A DNA stretch of 64,000 nt, taken from positions 6,005 through 70,004 of IMG/VR virus record IMGVR_UViG_3300032298_000575. One strand, written 5' to 3'. Both the position numbers and the translations under genes were made by a program. Position 1 is the stretch's first letter. Each line of letters opens with the position of its first letter. The DNA is from a virus. Under the pieces are notes generated by a model that was not told where the DNA came from, searched no databases, and saw only the letters and a list, made by a program, of their open reading frames with translations. Below, one piece after another: positions 8,472-16,807 of this stretch.

Positions 8472-8840
8472 ATGACGTTCACTGAATACCTCAACGAAGC
8501 CAAAGAGGCTTACAAGGAGGCGCGAGCAAAGGCTCTTCGCCACGCCAACTCCATCAACTGGAATCTTCGCAACCGCGAAGTCGAACTGATCGCGTGCAGC
8601 AAGCACGGGCGGATCGGCGAGGCCTGGTTCTGCGAGGATCTGTCCAAGGTCAAGAAGTCGGACATCGTCCGCTCGCTCACCTACCACGATCAGGATGCCG
8701 ACGGCCCTGTTGAGAGCATCTGCATCTCGGGCGGCTTCGATGTCGCGGCCAAAGACGACCCCGACTTCGACGAATACGAGCCGCTGTTCGATCTCGAATG
8801 GGATGTCTACATCCCCGCCGAAGTCATTCGGGCTTGGTAA
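8472..8840 (+). CDS. Hypothetical protein
   Basis: MTFTEYL..., RBS inside the repeat. Confidence 0.7.
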   Translation: MTFTEYLNEAKEAYKEARAKALRHANSINWNLRNREVELIACSKHGRIGEAWFCEDLSKVKKSDIVRSLTYHDQDADGPVESICISGGFDVAAKDDPDFDEYEPLFDLEWDVYIPAEVIRAW

Positions 8841-8851
8841 TAACCACGCAC

Positions 8852-9169
8852 ATGAAAGCATACAAACTGCTCCGCAAGCGCAAAGACGGGTCACTCGGCC
8901 CGCTCTTCATCAACGCAAGCCAGCGCATCCCGCATGGCGAATGGCTGCAAGCCGAGGCCCATCGCCGGAAAGGTTTCGCCTTCCGGCCGGGCTGGCATTG
9001 CGCCGTCCAACCCGAAGCCCCGCACCTCAACCTTGAACTTGCCAGCGGCGAGACACGGGTCTGGTGCGAGGTCGAGATCGACAACTTCACCGAGTATGCC
9101 CGCCCCGCCAATCAAGGCGGCAAGTGGCTGCTCGCCGACCGGATGCGGCTCATCCGCGAACTCAACTGA
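8852..9169 (+). CDS. Conserved phage hypothetical protein
   Basis: MKAYKLLR.RKDG.L.PLFI...RPGWH...APHL...RVWCEVE pattern. Confidence 0.75.
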   Translation: MKAYKLLRKRKDGSLGPLFINASQRIPHGEWLQAEAHRRKGFAFRPGWHCAVQPEAPHLNLELASGETRVWCEVEIDNFTEYARPANQGGKWLLADRMRLIRELN

Positions 9170-9180
9170 AAGGAAAACCC

Positions 9181-9468
9181 ATGACCAAGACAACAAGCAA
9201 ACATGACCAGCGCATGATGGCTGCGGAGATCTTCCGCACCCACGGAGACAACTACCCCAAAGATGGCCCCGTCGAACTACCCGACAACGTCATCGATGAA
9301 GTTGCCATCGCACTCATCCTCGCCGGCATCCCGTTGGATGTGGTGAGGGAGTTGGATGAGAAACCCTACTGGTTTCTTCCCCATGACCTCGCCGGACAGA
9401 TCCACTGGTTCTCCCGCCGCTTCCGCAACTCGGGCGGCTGGGATCTCCTCAAGCAAGACAACAACTAA
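9181..9468 (+). CDS. Hypothetical protein
   Basis: GAAAGGAA RBS. Confidence 0.65.
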   Translation: MTKTTSKHDQRMMAAEIFRTHGDNYPKDGPVELPDNVIDEVAIALILAGIPLDVVRELDEKPYWFLPHDLAGQIHWFSRRFRNSGGWDLLKQDNN

Positions 9469-9484
9469 CGAAAGGAAAAACACC

Positions 9485-9757
9485 ATGCCTAAGAAACTAC
9501 ACTACGGCGTCATCACCGATGACGGGATCTCCCTGCGCGGCCCCAAGATGATCGACGAAGGGCCGTTCAACGGCGTCCGCGAAGCCTTCGAGGAAGCCAT
9601 CGATCACCTCACCAACTACCCCGAAGGCTTTGCCAAGGTCGTCGTCTGCAAGCTGGTTGATCCCAACGACCCGATATGGGTCGAGGATTGGAACTACCGG
9701 GCAGTCGAGATCGACGCGACCGACAGCGATTGGGTCTGCCCCGAGGAAGAAGATTAA
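9485..9757 (+). CDS. Hypothetical protein
   Basis: Shared leader. Confidence 0.65.
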   Translation: MPKKLHYGVITDDGISLRGPKMIDEGPFNGVREAFEEAIDHLTNYPEGFAKVVVCKLVDPNDPIWVEDWNYRAVEIDATDSDWVCPEEED

Positions 9758-9789
9758 ACAACCAACCAGAAAGGAAACTAAACTAAACC

Positions 9790-9963
9790 ATGAAGACATA
9801 TATGATTAGCGAAGTCGCTTACTACAAAATCCAAGCCAACTCGGAAGAGGAAGCTGAAGAGAAACTCCTCACCAGTGAGGACATGAACAAGTTCTTCCAC
9901 CACGTCGAAGACCGCGAAGTGTGGGAAGCAGACACACCACTAACCAGAGAGGAAACCAAGTAA
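9790..9963 (+). CDS. Hypothetical protein (57 aa)
   Basis: MKTYMISEV...ANSEEEA; below the ORF-track cutoff. Confidence 0.6.
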   Translation: MKTYMISEVAYYKIQANSEEEAEEKLLTSEDMNKFFHHVEDREVWEADTPLTREETK

Positions 9964-9964
9964 C

Positions 9965-10180
9965 ATGAAGCAAGAAGTCCGCATCGTGTTCGACGTATCC
10001 CTGACAGTGGATGCCAAACACGACGACCAGGAAGTCAGAGCCATCGTCGAGCGTGGTGCTCGCAGCGCGTGGCCCAACAACTACAAGCACCTTCACGAGC
10101 TTCGCTACGCCGAAGAACGGCACATCTACCACGGAGACAACATCCAGTGGCAGACCATCATCGAAAAAGAAACCAACTAA
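9965..10180 (+). CDS. Hypothetical protein
   Basis: GAGGAAACCAAGTAAC leader. Confidence 0.65.
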   Translation: MKQEVRIVFDVSLTVDAKHDDQEVRAIVERGARSAWPNNYKHLHELRYAEERHIYHGDNIQWQTIIEKETN

Positions 10181-10197
10181 GAAAGGAACCAAGTAAC

Positions 10198-10518
10198 ATG
10201 AACCTAAGAACCAAGATCCTTGAAGCAGTGCAACGTCATCCGATCAGCATCCGCTTCGTCACCATCCACCCGCTCGACCCCGAGGCATGGGGCTGCAAGG
10301 AGGAGGCATACTGCGTTCACATCCTGACGCACAAGCACGACAACCCCGACTACGATCCGGTGGCCGGGCGGTGGGATCGCTGCATCGAGGACAAGAAAGA
10401 CGCGGCCACGGCGGATGCCTTGGCGGCGGACATCGAGGCCCTCGGCAAGATCGGCGACCGCGAACTCCATAGCAACAACACGTTCTACACCCGACAAGTC
10501 TATGTCGGTGTAGAGTAA
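10198..10518 (+). CDS. Hypothetical protein
   Basis: GAAAGGAACCAAGTAAC leader. Confidence 0.65.
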   Translation: MNLRTKILEAVQRHPISIRFVTIHPLDPEAWGCKEEAYCVHILTHKHDNPDYDPVAGRWDRCIEDKKDAATADALAADIEALGKIGDRELHSNNTFYTRQVYVGVE

Positions 10519-10534
10519 TAACGTCATAAACCAA

Positions 10535-11551
10535 ATGAATCATGTGGATAATACCATCACTCACCTCAGTCTCTGCACCGGATACGGCGGTCTCGACCTC
10601 GGAATCCGACAAGTCATTGGCGACCGCCTGCGAACGGTTGCTTACAGCGAAATCGAAGCATTCGCGTGCGAGTTACTTCTCTCGCGCATGGAAGGCGGGC
10701 AACTTGATGCGGCTCCGATCTGGCCTGATCTCCGCACTTTCCCTTGGGAAGAGTTCGCCGGAGTCTCGATCATCTCGGGCGGCTTCCCTTGCCCTCCATT
10801 TTCCGCCGCCGGAAAACGGGGAGCCGACACCGATCCAAGACACTTGTTCCCTTACATACTCGACGGGATCCGGCGATGCCGACCTTCCGTTGTTTTCTTG
10901 GAGAACGTCGAAGGGATCGTCTCGGCCAAACTCCAGGGCGACGGGTGGAGCGACCCCGCCGGCACTCCGGTTCTGCTCCATGTCCTCCGAGAGTTGGAGC
11001 GCGTGGGTTACCGAGCAGAGGCGGGATTATTCTCGGCGTCAGTCGATGCGGGAGCGCCACACCAACGGAAGCGAGTGTTTATCTTGGCCCACCGCCTCGG
11101 CGCGGGACTCGAAGGGTGGCTACCAAGGGGGCCGCATACGGAACGGGAAGCTCTCGATGGACACCTTGGATGTGGCAGTCCAAGCCTATCGGGAGGGGGG
11201 CATCCTTGGCCCGCCCGTCCGGGGCAAGAGCAGCATGATTGGGAACCACCCCGAGTCTTGCTGGGCAACACCGAACGCGGGGGACGGCAAAGCTGGCATG
11301 GCGGTCAACAGGAAACAGAAGTCACTCGGGCAGGATGTGAGTCAGGCCGAGGGTGGCTATCTGGTGAAGGCCAAGCTGAACCCGAGATTCTGCGAAGCCT
11401 TGATGGGACTGCCGATCGGCTGGCTTATGCCGAGTTGTGCGTGTCCTGCGATTCCCGCTGGGACGAGCTTCGATTGGCTGGCAATGGCGTTGTGCCCCAG
11501 TGCGCTGCCGTCGCCTTCCGTTCTTTGCTCGACAAAGTAATAACACCATAA
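10535..11551 (+). CDS. C5-cytosine DNA methyltransferase, large (alpha-like) polypeptide
   Basis: Motif I LSLCTGYGGLDLG, IV GGFPCPPFS, VI FLENVEG, VIII GAPHQRKRVFI, X LRLAGNGVVP; no motif IX in this frame. Confidence 0.92.
   Translation: MNHVDNTITHLSLCTGYGGLDLGIRQVIGDRLRTVAYSEIEAFACELLLSRMEGGQLDAAPIWPDLRTFPWEEFAGVSIISGGFPCPPFSAAGKRGADTDPRHLFPYILDGIRRCRPSVVFLENVEGIVSAKLQGDGWSDPAGTPVLLHVLRELERVGYRAEAGLFSASVDAGAPHQRKRVFILAHRLGAGLEGWLPRGPHTEREALDGHLGCGSPSLSGGGHPWPARPGQEQHDWEPPRVLLGNTERGGRQSWHGGQQETEVTRAGCESGRGWLSGEGQAEPEILRSLDGTADRLAYAELCVSCDSRWDELRLAGNGVVPQCAAVAFRSLLDKVITP
10542..11540 (+). CDS. Nested +1-frame ORF, putative small (beta-like) methyltransferase subunit
   Basis: Frame open for 332 codons; carries WPTASARDSKG, WATPNAGDGK and the motif IX-like LNPRFCEALMGLPIGW; true start probably internal (e.g. 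ATG 10980). Confidence 0.7.
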   Translation: MWIIPSLTSVSAPDTAVSTSESDKSLATACERLLTAKSKHSRASYFSRAWKAGNLMRLRSGLISALSLGKSSPESRSSRAASLALHFPPPENGEPTPIQDTCSLTYSTGSGDADLPLFSWRTSKGSSRPNSRATGGATPPALRFCSMSSESWSAWVTEQRRDYSRRQSMRERHTNGSECLSWPTASARDSKGGYQGGRIRNGKLSMDTLDVAVQAYREGGILGPPVRGKSSMIGNHPESCWATPNAGDGKAGMAVNRKQKSLGQDVSQAEGGYLVKAKLNPRFCEALMGLPIGWLMPSCACPAIPAGTSFDWLAMALCPSALPSPSVLCSTK

Positions 11552-11568
11552 ACCATACAACAAGAAAG

Positions 11569-11588
11569 GAACCCTGAACCATGAACCA
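11569..11588 (+). repeat. 20-bp direct repeat / heptad array, copy 1
   Basis: GAACCCTGAACCATGAACCA, identical at 12476-12495. Confidence 0.85.
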
Positions 11589-12477
11589 TGAAGCATTGAA
11601 GCAAGAACTATTGGAGAAACTGCAACAAGTGGCGATCGAGCGCGGTTCGCGCAAATCGTTCTCCACTATAAAAGGGCTGGCCCGTTTCCTTAAACGGCGT
11701 CCGGCTACACCACCTTGGCAGGGCGGCGTGGATGAAAACTTCACCCGCAGTCGTGACGAGTATGTCTCCGAGCGACACATCGATGTGCCGCTCTACGATC
11801 ACGACTTGGAGATCCGTGCAAATGACCTTGCCATAAAGCAGCACCCACGCCGTCAGAACTGGCGTCGGCCGAAACCGACCCATAGCGCGGTCGAGACCGG
11901 GCACGTTGAAGTGATCGATCTCGGCGCGTATTCCCGTCGGTGCACCTACCGCCACTACGAGTATCGGCCGCAATATCAATCCGCCTTGCGGGTATGGCGC
12001 ACCGGAAAGAATGCCCACTATATCCGCGAGGGCGTGGAGCGGTATGTTCCGGCACCGAGCGGCACCGAGTGGCAGCGCGACGAGTATGGCGCGTTGCTGC
12101 GGAGGTTGTCCGACGGCATGGACTACCATCCGACCGCGGAAGATCTCCAAGCACGGGACTTTGTTGGTCGCGTTCGGCGCGGGATGAGTGAGAACTACAA
12201 AGCCAGGGCCAAGGCCAAGCGCGACGAGCGCGATCGCGCCCTATCCGAAGCGTTGGAGCGACACGCCTTGCGGAACAACCGCCGTCAGATTTCGCTTCGC
12301 AGCATTTCCAAGATGGCCGGCAATTGCTTGGCCGGAACTGACGAGTATCTGCGTTGGCTCGGAATTGAGGCACGCAAGCGTGCGGTGGCTGGTGCTGTTT
12401 ATCGGCTGGCCGAGCGCAAGAAGATGATCAACGAGCGGTTCGTGGCTGCGGCGAGGATGGCCCTCCAAGCAGCTTGA
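11581..12477 (+). CDS. Hypothetical protein (298 aa, Arg-rich)
   Basis: Long ORF with GAAAGGAA RBS; C-terminal AGNCxxG motif. Confidence 0.75.
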   Translation: MNHEALKQELLEKLQQVAIERGSRKSFSTIKGLARFLKRRPATPPWQGGVDENFTRSRDEYVSERHIDVPLYDHDLEIRANDLAIKQHPRRQNWRRPKPTHSAVETGHVEVIDLGAYSRRCTYRHYEYRPQYQSALRVWRTGKNAHYIREGVERYVPAPSGTEWQRDEYGALLRRLSDGMDYHPTAEDLQARDFVGRVRRGMSENYKARAKAKRDERDRALSEALERHALRNNRRQISLRSISKMAGNCLAGTDEYLRWLGIEARKRAVAGAVYRLAERKKMINERFVAAARMALQAA

Positions 12478-12495
12478 ACCCTGAACCATGAACCA
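12476..12495 (+). repeat. 20-bp direct repeat / heptad array, copy 2
   Basis: Identical to 11569-11588. Confidence 0.85.
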
Positions 12496-12516
12496 AGTAG
12501 AAAGAACCCAAAACCA

Positions 12517-12654
12517 ATGAAAAAGAAACCCGTGAAGAAAGCAGCCAAGAAGAAAACCGCCAAGCGTTTGACCCCAGCCGCTTTGAAGAAAGCGTTGATC
12601 GAGCGCGGCGGTCTCAACAAGGACTGGGCCAAAGATCACCTCATCGTGATGTGA
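12517..12654 (+). CDS. Small Lys/Ala-rich basic protein (45 aa)
   Basis: MKKKPVKKAAKKKTAKRLTPAALKK... Confidence 0.6.
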   Translation: MKKKPVKKAAKKKTAKRLTPAALKKALIERGGLNKDWAKDHLIVM

Positions 12655-12809
12655 CCCCAAAGTCATTTGAACGAGTAATAACGCCATACTGTCAGACCAA
12701 CATGAGCAAACCCGAGACGCGGACCATGACGCGAGTCGAAGTCACAAAGGACGGTATGCGCTTCCGTCCGCGTCTCGTCACCCATAACCAAAGAAAGAAA
12801 CCAAATACC

Positions 12810-13151
12810 ATGAACTACAGAGACCACGACCCTAAAAACCCCTGCCTTCCAGCCGAAGTCTACCCGCATCTGTGGGCGACCCTGCTGGCCAACCCGCAAC
12901 CCGCCGCCCCGACCTTGTGGGACCGCACCCGCCGCTTCTTCCGCGGACTGGTCGCGGCTACCCCACTCATTGTCGCGGCGGCTTTCCTGCCCTTGGCCGA
13001 CCCGCCGACCGACCAGCTACAGCCGTTGGTCTACCAAGTCAGCGCCGAGAGCAAGATCCATAGCCTTGTCTGGGTGCAGCCGCTCCCCGGCAAGCGGCTC
13101 CCCGCACCCCCGACCTTGCCGGCCATCAACGAAAACCCGTATAGCTTCTAA
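12810..13151 (+). CDS. Hypothetical Pro-rich protein with a hydrophobic segment
   Basis: MNYRDHD... after an A-rich leader; start uncertain. Confidence 0.55.
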   Translation: MNYRDHDPKNPCLPAEVYPHLWATLLANPQPAAPTLWDRTRRFFRGLVAATPLIVAAAFLPLADPPTDQLQPLVYQVSAESKIHSLVWVQPLPGKRLPAPPTLPAINENPYSF

Positions 13152-13170
13152 CCGAAAGGAACCCGAAACC

Positions 13171-13416
13171 GTGAATCTACCTACCACACCAACAAACGAT
13201 CGGATCGAACTCGAAGGGACCATCCGGACCCGCGTCTCTAACTTCGTCAATAAGGCTGCTTGTAAGCAGTATATTATGGACTGGGCCAACCAGACCCGTC
13301 ACCACAAGTTCAGTCGTCTCGATCCCGAGATCTACGCCGAACTCAACGCCGTGCTGCGTAAGCACATGAAGGCAATCGTGACCCGAAATCCCTCCTTCGG
13401 GAAGACCATCCGATGA
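13171..13416 (+). CDS. Hypothetical protein
   Basis: GTG start after GAAAGGAA. Confidence 0.6.
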   Translation: MNLPTTPTNDRIELEGTIRTRVSNFVNKAACKQYIMDWANQTRHHKFSRLDPEIYAELNAVLRKHMKAIVTRNPSFGKTIR

Positions 13417-13457
13417 GCCGCAGTTGCGAGTTAGTAATAACGCCATACATTGATTCC

Positions 13458-13835
13458 ATGCAAGTGACGGCAACCGAGCGCACCTTCGGCCTGAAGGTCA
13501 GGGTCAAAGTTGGGGGCGATGCGCTCTCGGCTTGGCGCTCGGCGACCAAGTTCACCGACACCTTATCCACCGACGGGGACGATGACGAATCCGATGCGGG
13601 CTGGGCGCTATCCAACGCCAACCGGGCCTACATCTGGCTCAAGTCATGGCCCGAGTCGCGGAAGAAGGGGAACAGCAAGACCCTGACCCACGAGTGCGTC
13701 CATGTCGCCATGAGCTTCCTGCGTGACCATGTCCGCGAGGACATCCGCAAGGCCGAGGAGACATGCTGCTACCTGGTGCAGCACTTGGTCGACGAGATCG
13801 AACACAAGCTCAACAACCGGAGGAAGTCCCGATGA
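13458..13835 (+). CDS. Small zincin-like metallopeptidase-motif protein
   Basis: TLTHECVH (HExxH) with a downstream EETCCYL. Confidence 0.55.
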   Translation: MQVTATERTFGLKVRVKVGGDALSAWRSATKFTDTLSTDGDDDESDAGWALSNANRAYIWLKSWPESRKKGNSKTLTHECVHVAMSFLRDHVREDIRKAEETCCYLVQHLVDEIEHKLNNRRKSR

Positions 13836-14140
13836 ATAAAGAAAAGCTCTGGGGGATTTTCCTCCAGCAAAATCCTCGGTTGTGCACCGACCCCTGCCTT
13901 ACGCCGGAGTCGCTTCGCCGCTTCTTCGACCTGACTTGGAACGCCGCCTATGAGGCCGGCGCTTTCGATATGGCCGATCGGGCGGAGGAGATCTCTGGCG
14001 ACAACGACGAGGACGCAGCCAAAGAGGCGGCACTGCAAACCGTCTTGGCTGATGCCGAGAAGGCGCTCTCCGCCATCTTCGGACAACCCATGCAGAAGAA
14101 GATCTATGTTAAAAAAGCGAACAAGAAGAAAGCTGACTAA
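13832..14140 (+). CDS. Hypothetical protein
   Basis: ATGA overlap, GGAGG RBS. Confidence 0.65.
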   Translation: MNKEKLWGIFLQQNPRLCTDPCLTPESLRRFFDLTWNAAYEAGAFDMADRAEEISGDNDEDAAKEAALQTVLADAEKALSAIFGQPMQKKIYVKKANKKKAD

Positions 14141-14330
14141 AGAGGAAAGCGAAGGCGCACAGGCTTGGAAGAACCGCTTCGTGCAAAGCTACGACCGCGA
14201 ACTCTCGATCGTCGACAACCTCCGGGTCGCTGTCGGTCTGATCGACCTCTTCAACTACGGCGATGCCAAGTCGATGGTGCAGTCTGTCATCGACCGCCAC
14301 GATCAAGAGACCAAGGAGCTATTGGCATGA
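14106..14330 (+). CDS. Hypothetical protein
   Basis: MLKKRT... continues the operon. Confidence 0.55.
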   Translation: MLKKRTRRKLTKEESEGAQAWKNRFVQSYDRELSIVDNLRVAVGLIDLFNYGDAKSMVQSVIDRHDQETKELLA

Positions 14331-14413
14331 TGAGTCCCCGCGACATCACGCTGGTTCTGCTGGTCGCTTGGGCCGCTTTCGCCACGGTCATCTTCTTCCG
14401 GTATTTCCTATGA
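14327..14413 (+). CDS. Small membrane peptide (28 aa)
   Basis: ITLVLLVAWAAFATVIFF; AAGGAG RBS; ATGA overlaps at both ends. Confidence 0.55.
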   Translation: MMSPRDITLVLLVAWAAFATVIFFRYFL

Positions 14414-14547
14414 GCCTATACGAAAACATCAACAAACGTCGGAAGGCGGGCACGTCCCGTCCGAAGTCCAAGTCCACCGTCGACCCCAAGACCTACGCAA
14501 AGATGAAGAATAAGCGCGGCGGGTTCTCGGCCAAGAAGCGGAGGTAA
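14410..14547 (+). CDS. Small basic protein
   Basis: MSLYENINKRRKAG..., a pattern seen in small basic phage proteins. Confidence 0.6.
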   Translation: MSLYENINKRRKAGTSRPKSKSTVDPKTYAKMKNKRGGFSAKKRR

Positions 14548-14549
14548 TC

Positions 14550-14816
14550 ATGGCTACCTACAAAGGCAAGAAGGTCACGCTGTATAAGCCCCGCAAGATG
14601 GCGGGCATCACTCCGGCCGCGAAGAAGAAGTCGGTCTTCGTGCCGGGTAAGAAGGCTGGCACCGCGAAGGTCGTCCACTTCGGGGACTCCTCGATGTCGG
14701 ACTTCACCAAGCACAAGAATCCGAAACGCCGCGCCAACTTCCGAAGCCGACACAACTGCGCGGCCAAGAAGGACAAATCCACCGCGGGCTACTGGGCCTG
14801 TAAGGACTTATGGTGA
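14550..14816 (+). CDS. Basic conserved viral protein (DUF5754/DUF6321-like)
   Basis: VHFGD...HKNPKRRANFRSRH.C...AGYWAC..LW. Confidence 0.7.
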   Translation: MATYKGKKVTLYKPRKMAGITPAAKKKSVFVPGKKAGTAKVVHFGDSSMSDFTKHKNPKRRANFRSRHNCAAKKDKSTAGYWACKDLW

Positions 14817-15058
14817 GCACTGAATACCCGCGCATCGCCCAACTAGGCATGACCGTTATCGAGGATCCAGTGCAGCACGTCACATGGACCGATCTCGATG
14901 AAAAGGTGATCGATGCAGGGTTGGACCGTGAACGGTTCAGCGAATTGTTTGGGGTCCAGACGTGCTACGCCCGCGGCCCCTACCCCTGGGACGTGGAAGC
15001 CGTGCTTGTCCGGATGATGTCCGGACAACTCACCGGCACGCAGAAGTATTGGGATTAA
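14810..15058 (+). CDS. Hypothetical protein
   Basis: Fits between its neighbours, AAGGA RBS. Confidence 0.6.
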   Translation: MVSTEYPRIAQLGMTVIEDPVQHVTWTDLDEKVIDAGLDRERFSELFGVQTCYARGPYPWDVEAVLVRMMSGQLTGTQKYWD

Positions 15059-15298
15059 ATGATCCACGAGTTCAAAGCACCGATTTCAGTCCACACTCCG
15101 CTCGGCCAGGGTGATGCCTTTCTGTTTGTAGACTATGGAATTGTTTCGGCCGGCACTGGGGTAAACTCCGTCTGGGTAGTGCGCCTCCACCATACTGGTA
15201 TAGTTAAGCACTTCTTCTCCGAGGACATCCGCGTCTACGGCAATCCGATGGACGGGCGGGAGTGGGATGTGGAGATACCGGAGGAGTGGGTGAAATGA
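15059..15298 (+). CDS. Hypothetical protein
   Basis: VHTPLG.G...DYG...NSVWVV motif. Confidence 0.65.
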   Translation: MIHEFKAPISVHTPLGQGDAFLFVDYGIVSAGTGVNSVWVVRLHHTGIVKHFFSEDIRVYGNPMDGREWDVEIPEEWVK

Positions 15299-15891
15299 TC
15301 CCCGCCGTCATCACTTGCTACTCGGAGAACATGGCCGAGGTCGCAGCCCTGACCGTGCCGACCCATGCACGGCTCGCTGAAACATGGTCCATGCACCATG
15401 AAGCACGCACCGTGCCGCAGGAAGGATGTCTTTGGGCCAAGGTCGCCATGATCCGTGAATACTTGGAGCGCGGTCACCGCTTGGTCTGTTGGCTCGATGC
15501 CGATGCCGCGGTGACCAATCCGGACAAGAAGCCCCCCAAGACCACGGGCGTGGCGCTGACTTGTGATGTCCACGGCCCCAACGCGGGGATCATGTTCATT
15601 GCCAACACCCTTCTCACCCGCCAGTTCTTCTTTGCCCTTTCCGGTTACGGCCGGCAGTTGGTCGCCAACCTAATCAACCCCGAGCAGACAGCGATCCGTT
15701 GGCTAACCATGCACCCGCCCTACGATCGGCTGCTGGAGTGCCACTCCCAGCGCACGATGAATTCCTATTGGCCGGGAGCTTACGAGTATCCAGGCGCAAG
15801 CGAGGCCGATTGGCAGCAGGGCGACATGGTCCTCCATCTCCCCGCGCTTTCCGACGAGCAACGGGTCGAGATTTTGAAGAGTATTCTATGA
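15295..15891 (+). CDS. Glycosyltransferase, GT-A fold (GT34/MNN10-like)
   Basis: WAKV, WLDAD (DxD), NAGIMF, EQTAI, MNSY, WQQGDMVLH. Confidence 0.8.
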   Translation: MIPAVITCYSENMAEVAALTVPTHARLAETWSMHHEARTVPQEGCLWAKVAMIREYLERGHRLVCWLDADAAVTNPDKKPPKTTGVALTCDVHGPNAGIMFIANTLLTRQFFFALSGYGRQLVANLINPEQTAIRWLTMHPPYDRLLECHSQRTMNSYWPGAYEYPGASEADWQQGDMVLHLPALSDEQRVEILKSIL

Positions 15892-16412
15892 GCACAATTA
15901 ACGATATGAGTGAGACCAGTAAGTATCGTGCTTGGTTCCTGCCACATACCCAAGGCTATGGCATCGACCTCGGTTACGGCGGCGACCCGCTTGTCCCCCA
16001 TGCCATCTGCTTCGACATGCCGCAGCCTTACACCTCGGTCGGGTCGGCACCACAGCACTTAGGCGGTGACGCCCGCCGTCTGCCTTTCAAGAATAACACC
16101 CTCGACTGGGTCTACTCTTCGCACCTGATCGAGGACTTTACCTACACTGAGCAAGTCGCAGTGGTTAAAGAGTGGCTCCGCGTGCTCAAGCCGGGCGGTC
16201 GGCTCCTTATTCTGGCCCCCGACCAGCAACGGTTCTTGGCCCACTGCGCGGCCACGGGTCAGCCAATCAACGAAGCCCACAAGGAAGCCGACTACTCGCT
16301 GAAGACTTTCAAGAAGCGCGTGCTCAAGACCGGCAACATCCGCGACGAAGTGTGGACCGAGGCCGACTTCGATGACTACTCGTGGGGCATCGTCTTGGAG
16401 AAGAATTTATGA
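15888..16412 (+). CDS. Class I SAM-dependent methyltransferase (type 11-like)
   Basis: GIDLGYGG, YSSHLIED, WLRVLKPGG. Confidence 0.85.
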   Translation: MSTINDMSETSKYRAWFLPHTQGYGIDLGYGGDPLVPHAICFDMPQPYTSVGSAPQHLGGDARRLPFKNNTLDWVYSSHLIEDFTYTEQVAVVKEWLRVLKPGGRLLILAPDQQRFLAHCAATGQPINEAHKEADYSLKTFKKRVLKTGNIRDEVWTEADFDDYSWGIVLEKNL

Positions 16413-16717
16413 CTGAAGAAAACACACAACCAATCGACGCCCCCATCCATAGCCATAGCCTGAAAGCCGTGGCGACTTACCTCGGTAAGAAGATCGAAGA
16501 GACTAAAAACGAAGGCATGTCTGAGGGCGATGCCCTCCTACAGCAAATCTTTTTCCAGCAGTCGCTTCTTCTTAATGCGATCAATTCCTCGGTCACGCTG
16601 TCCAACCAGGTCAATCGCGCTCTCCAACGGGAGGTCGCGAAGATGAAGGGGGAAGAGCTTCCGGAGGAGCCCCTGCAAGAGGAGTCGAAAATTATTGTGC
16701 CAGACCGATTCCGGTGA
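16409..16717 (+). CDS. Hypothetical protein
   Basis: ATGA overlap; ends ESKIIVP. Confidence 0.65.
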   Translation: MTEENTQPIDAPIHSHSLKAVATYLGKKIEETKNEGMSEGDALLQQIFFQQSLLLNAINSSVTLSNQVNRALQREVAKMKGEELPEEPLQEESKIIVPDRFR

Positions 16718-16735
16718 TTTCATCGGGTTTAGTCT

Positions 16736-16807
16736 GCTCTCGTCGTCTAACGGTTAGGACACAGCCCTCTCAAGGCTGCGATACGGGTTCAATTCCCGTC
16801 GAGAGTG
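16736..16807 (+). tRNA. tRNA-Glu (anticodon CTC)
   Basis: Acceptor GCTCTCG/CGAGAGT, D arm GTCTAACGGTTAGGAC, anticodon arm CAGCC-CTCTCAA-GGCTG, T arm ACGGG-TTCAATT-CCCGT; no encoded CCA. Confidence 0.93.
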
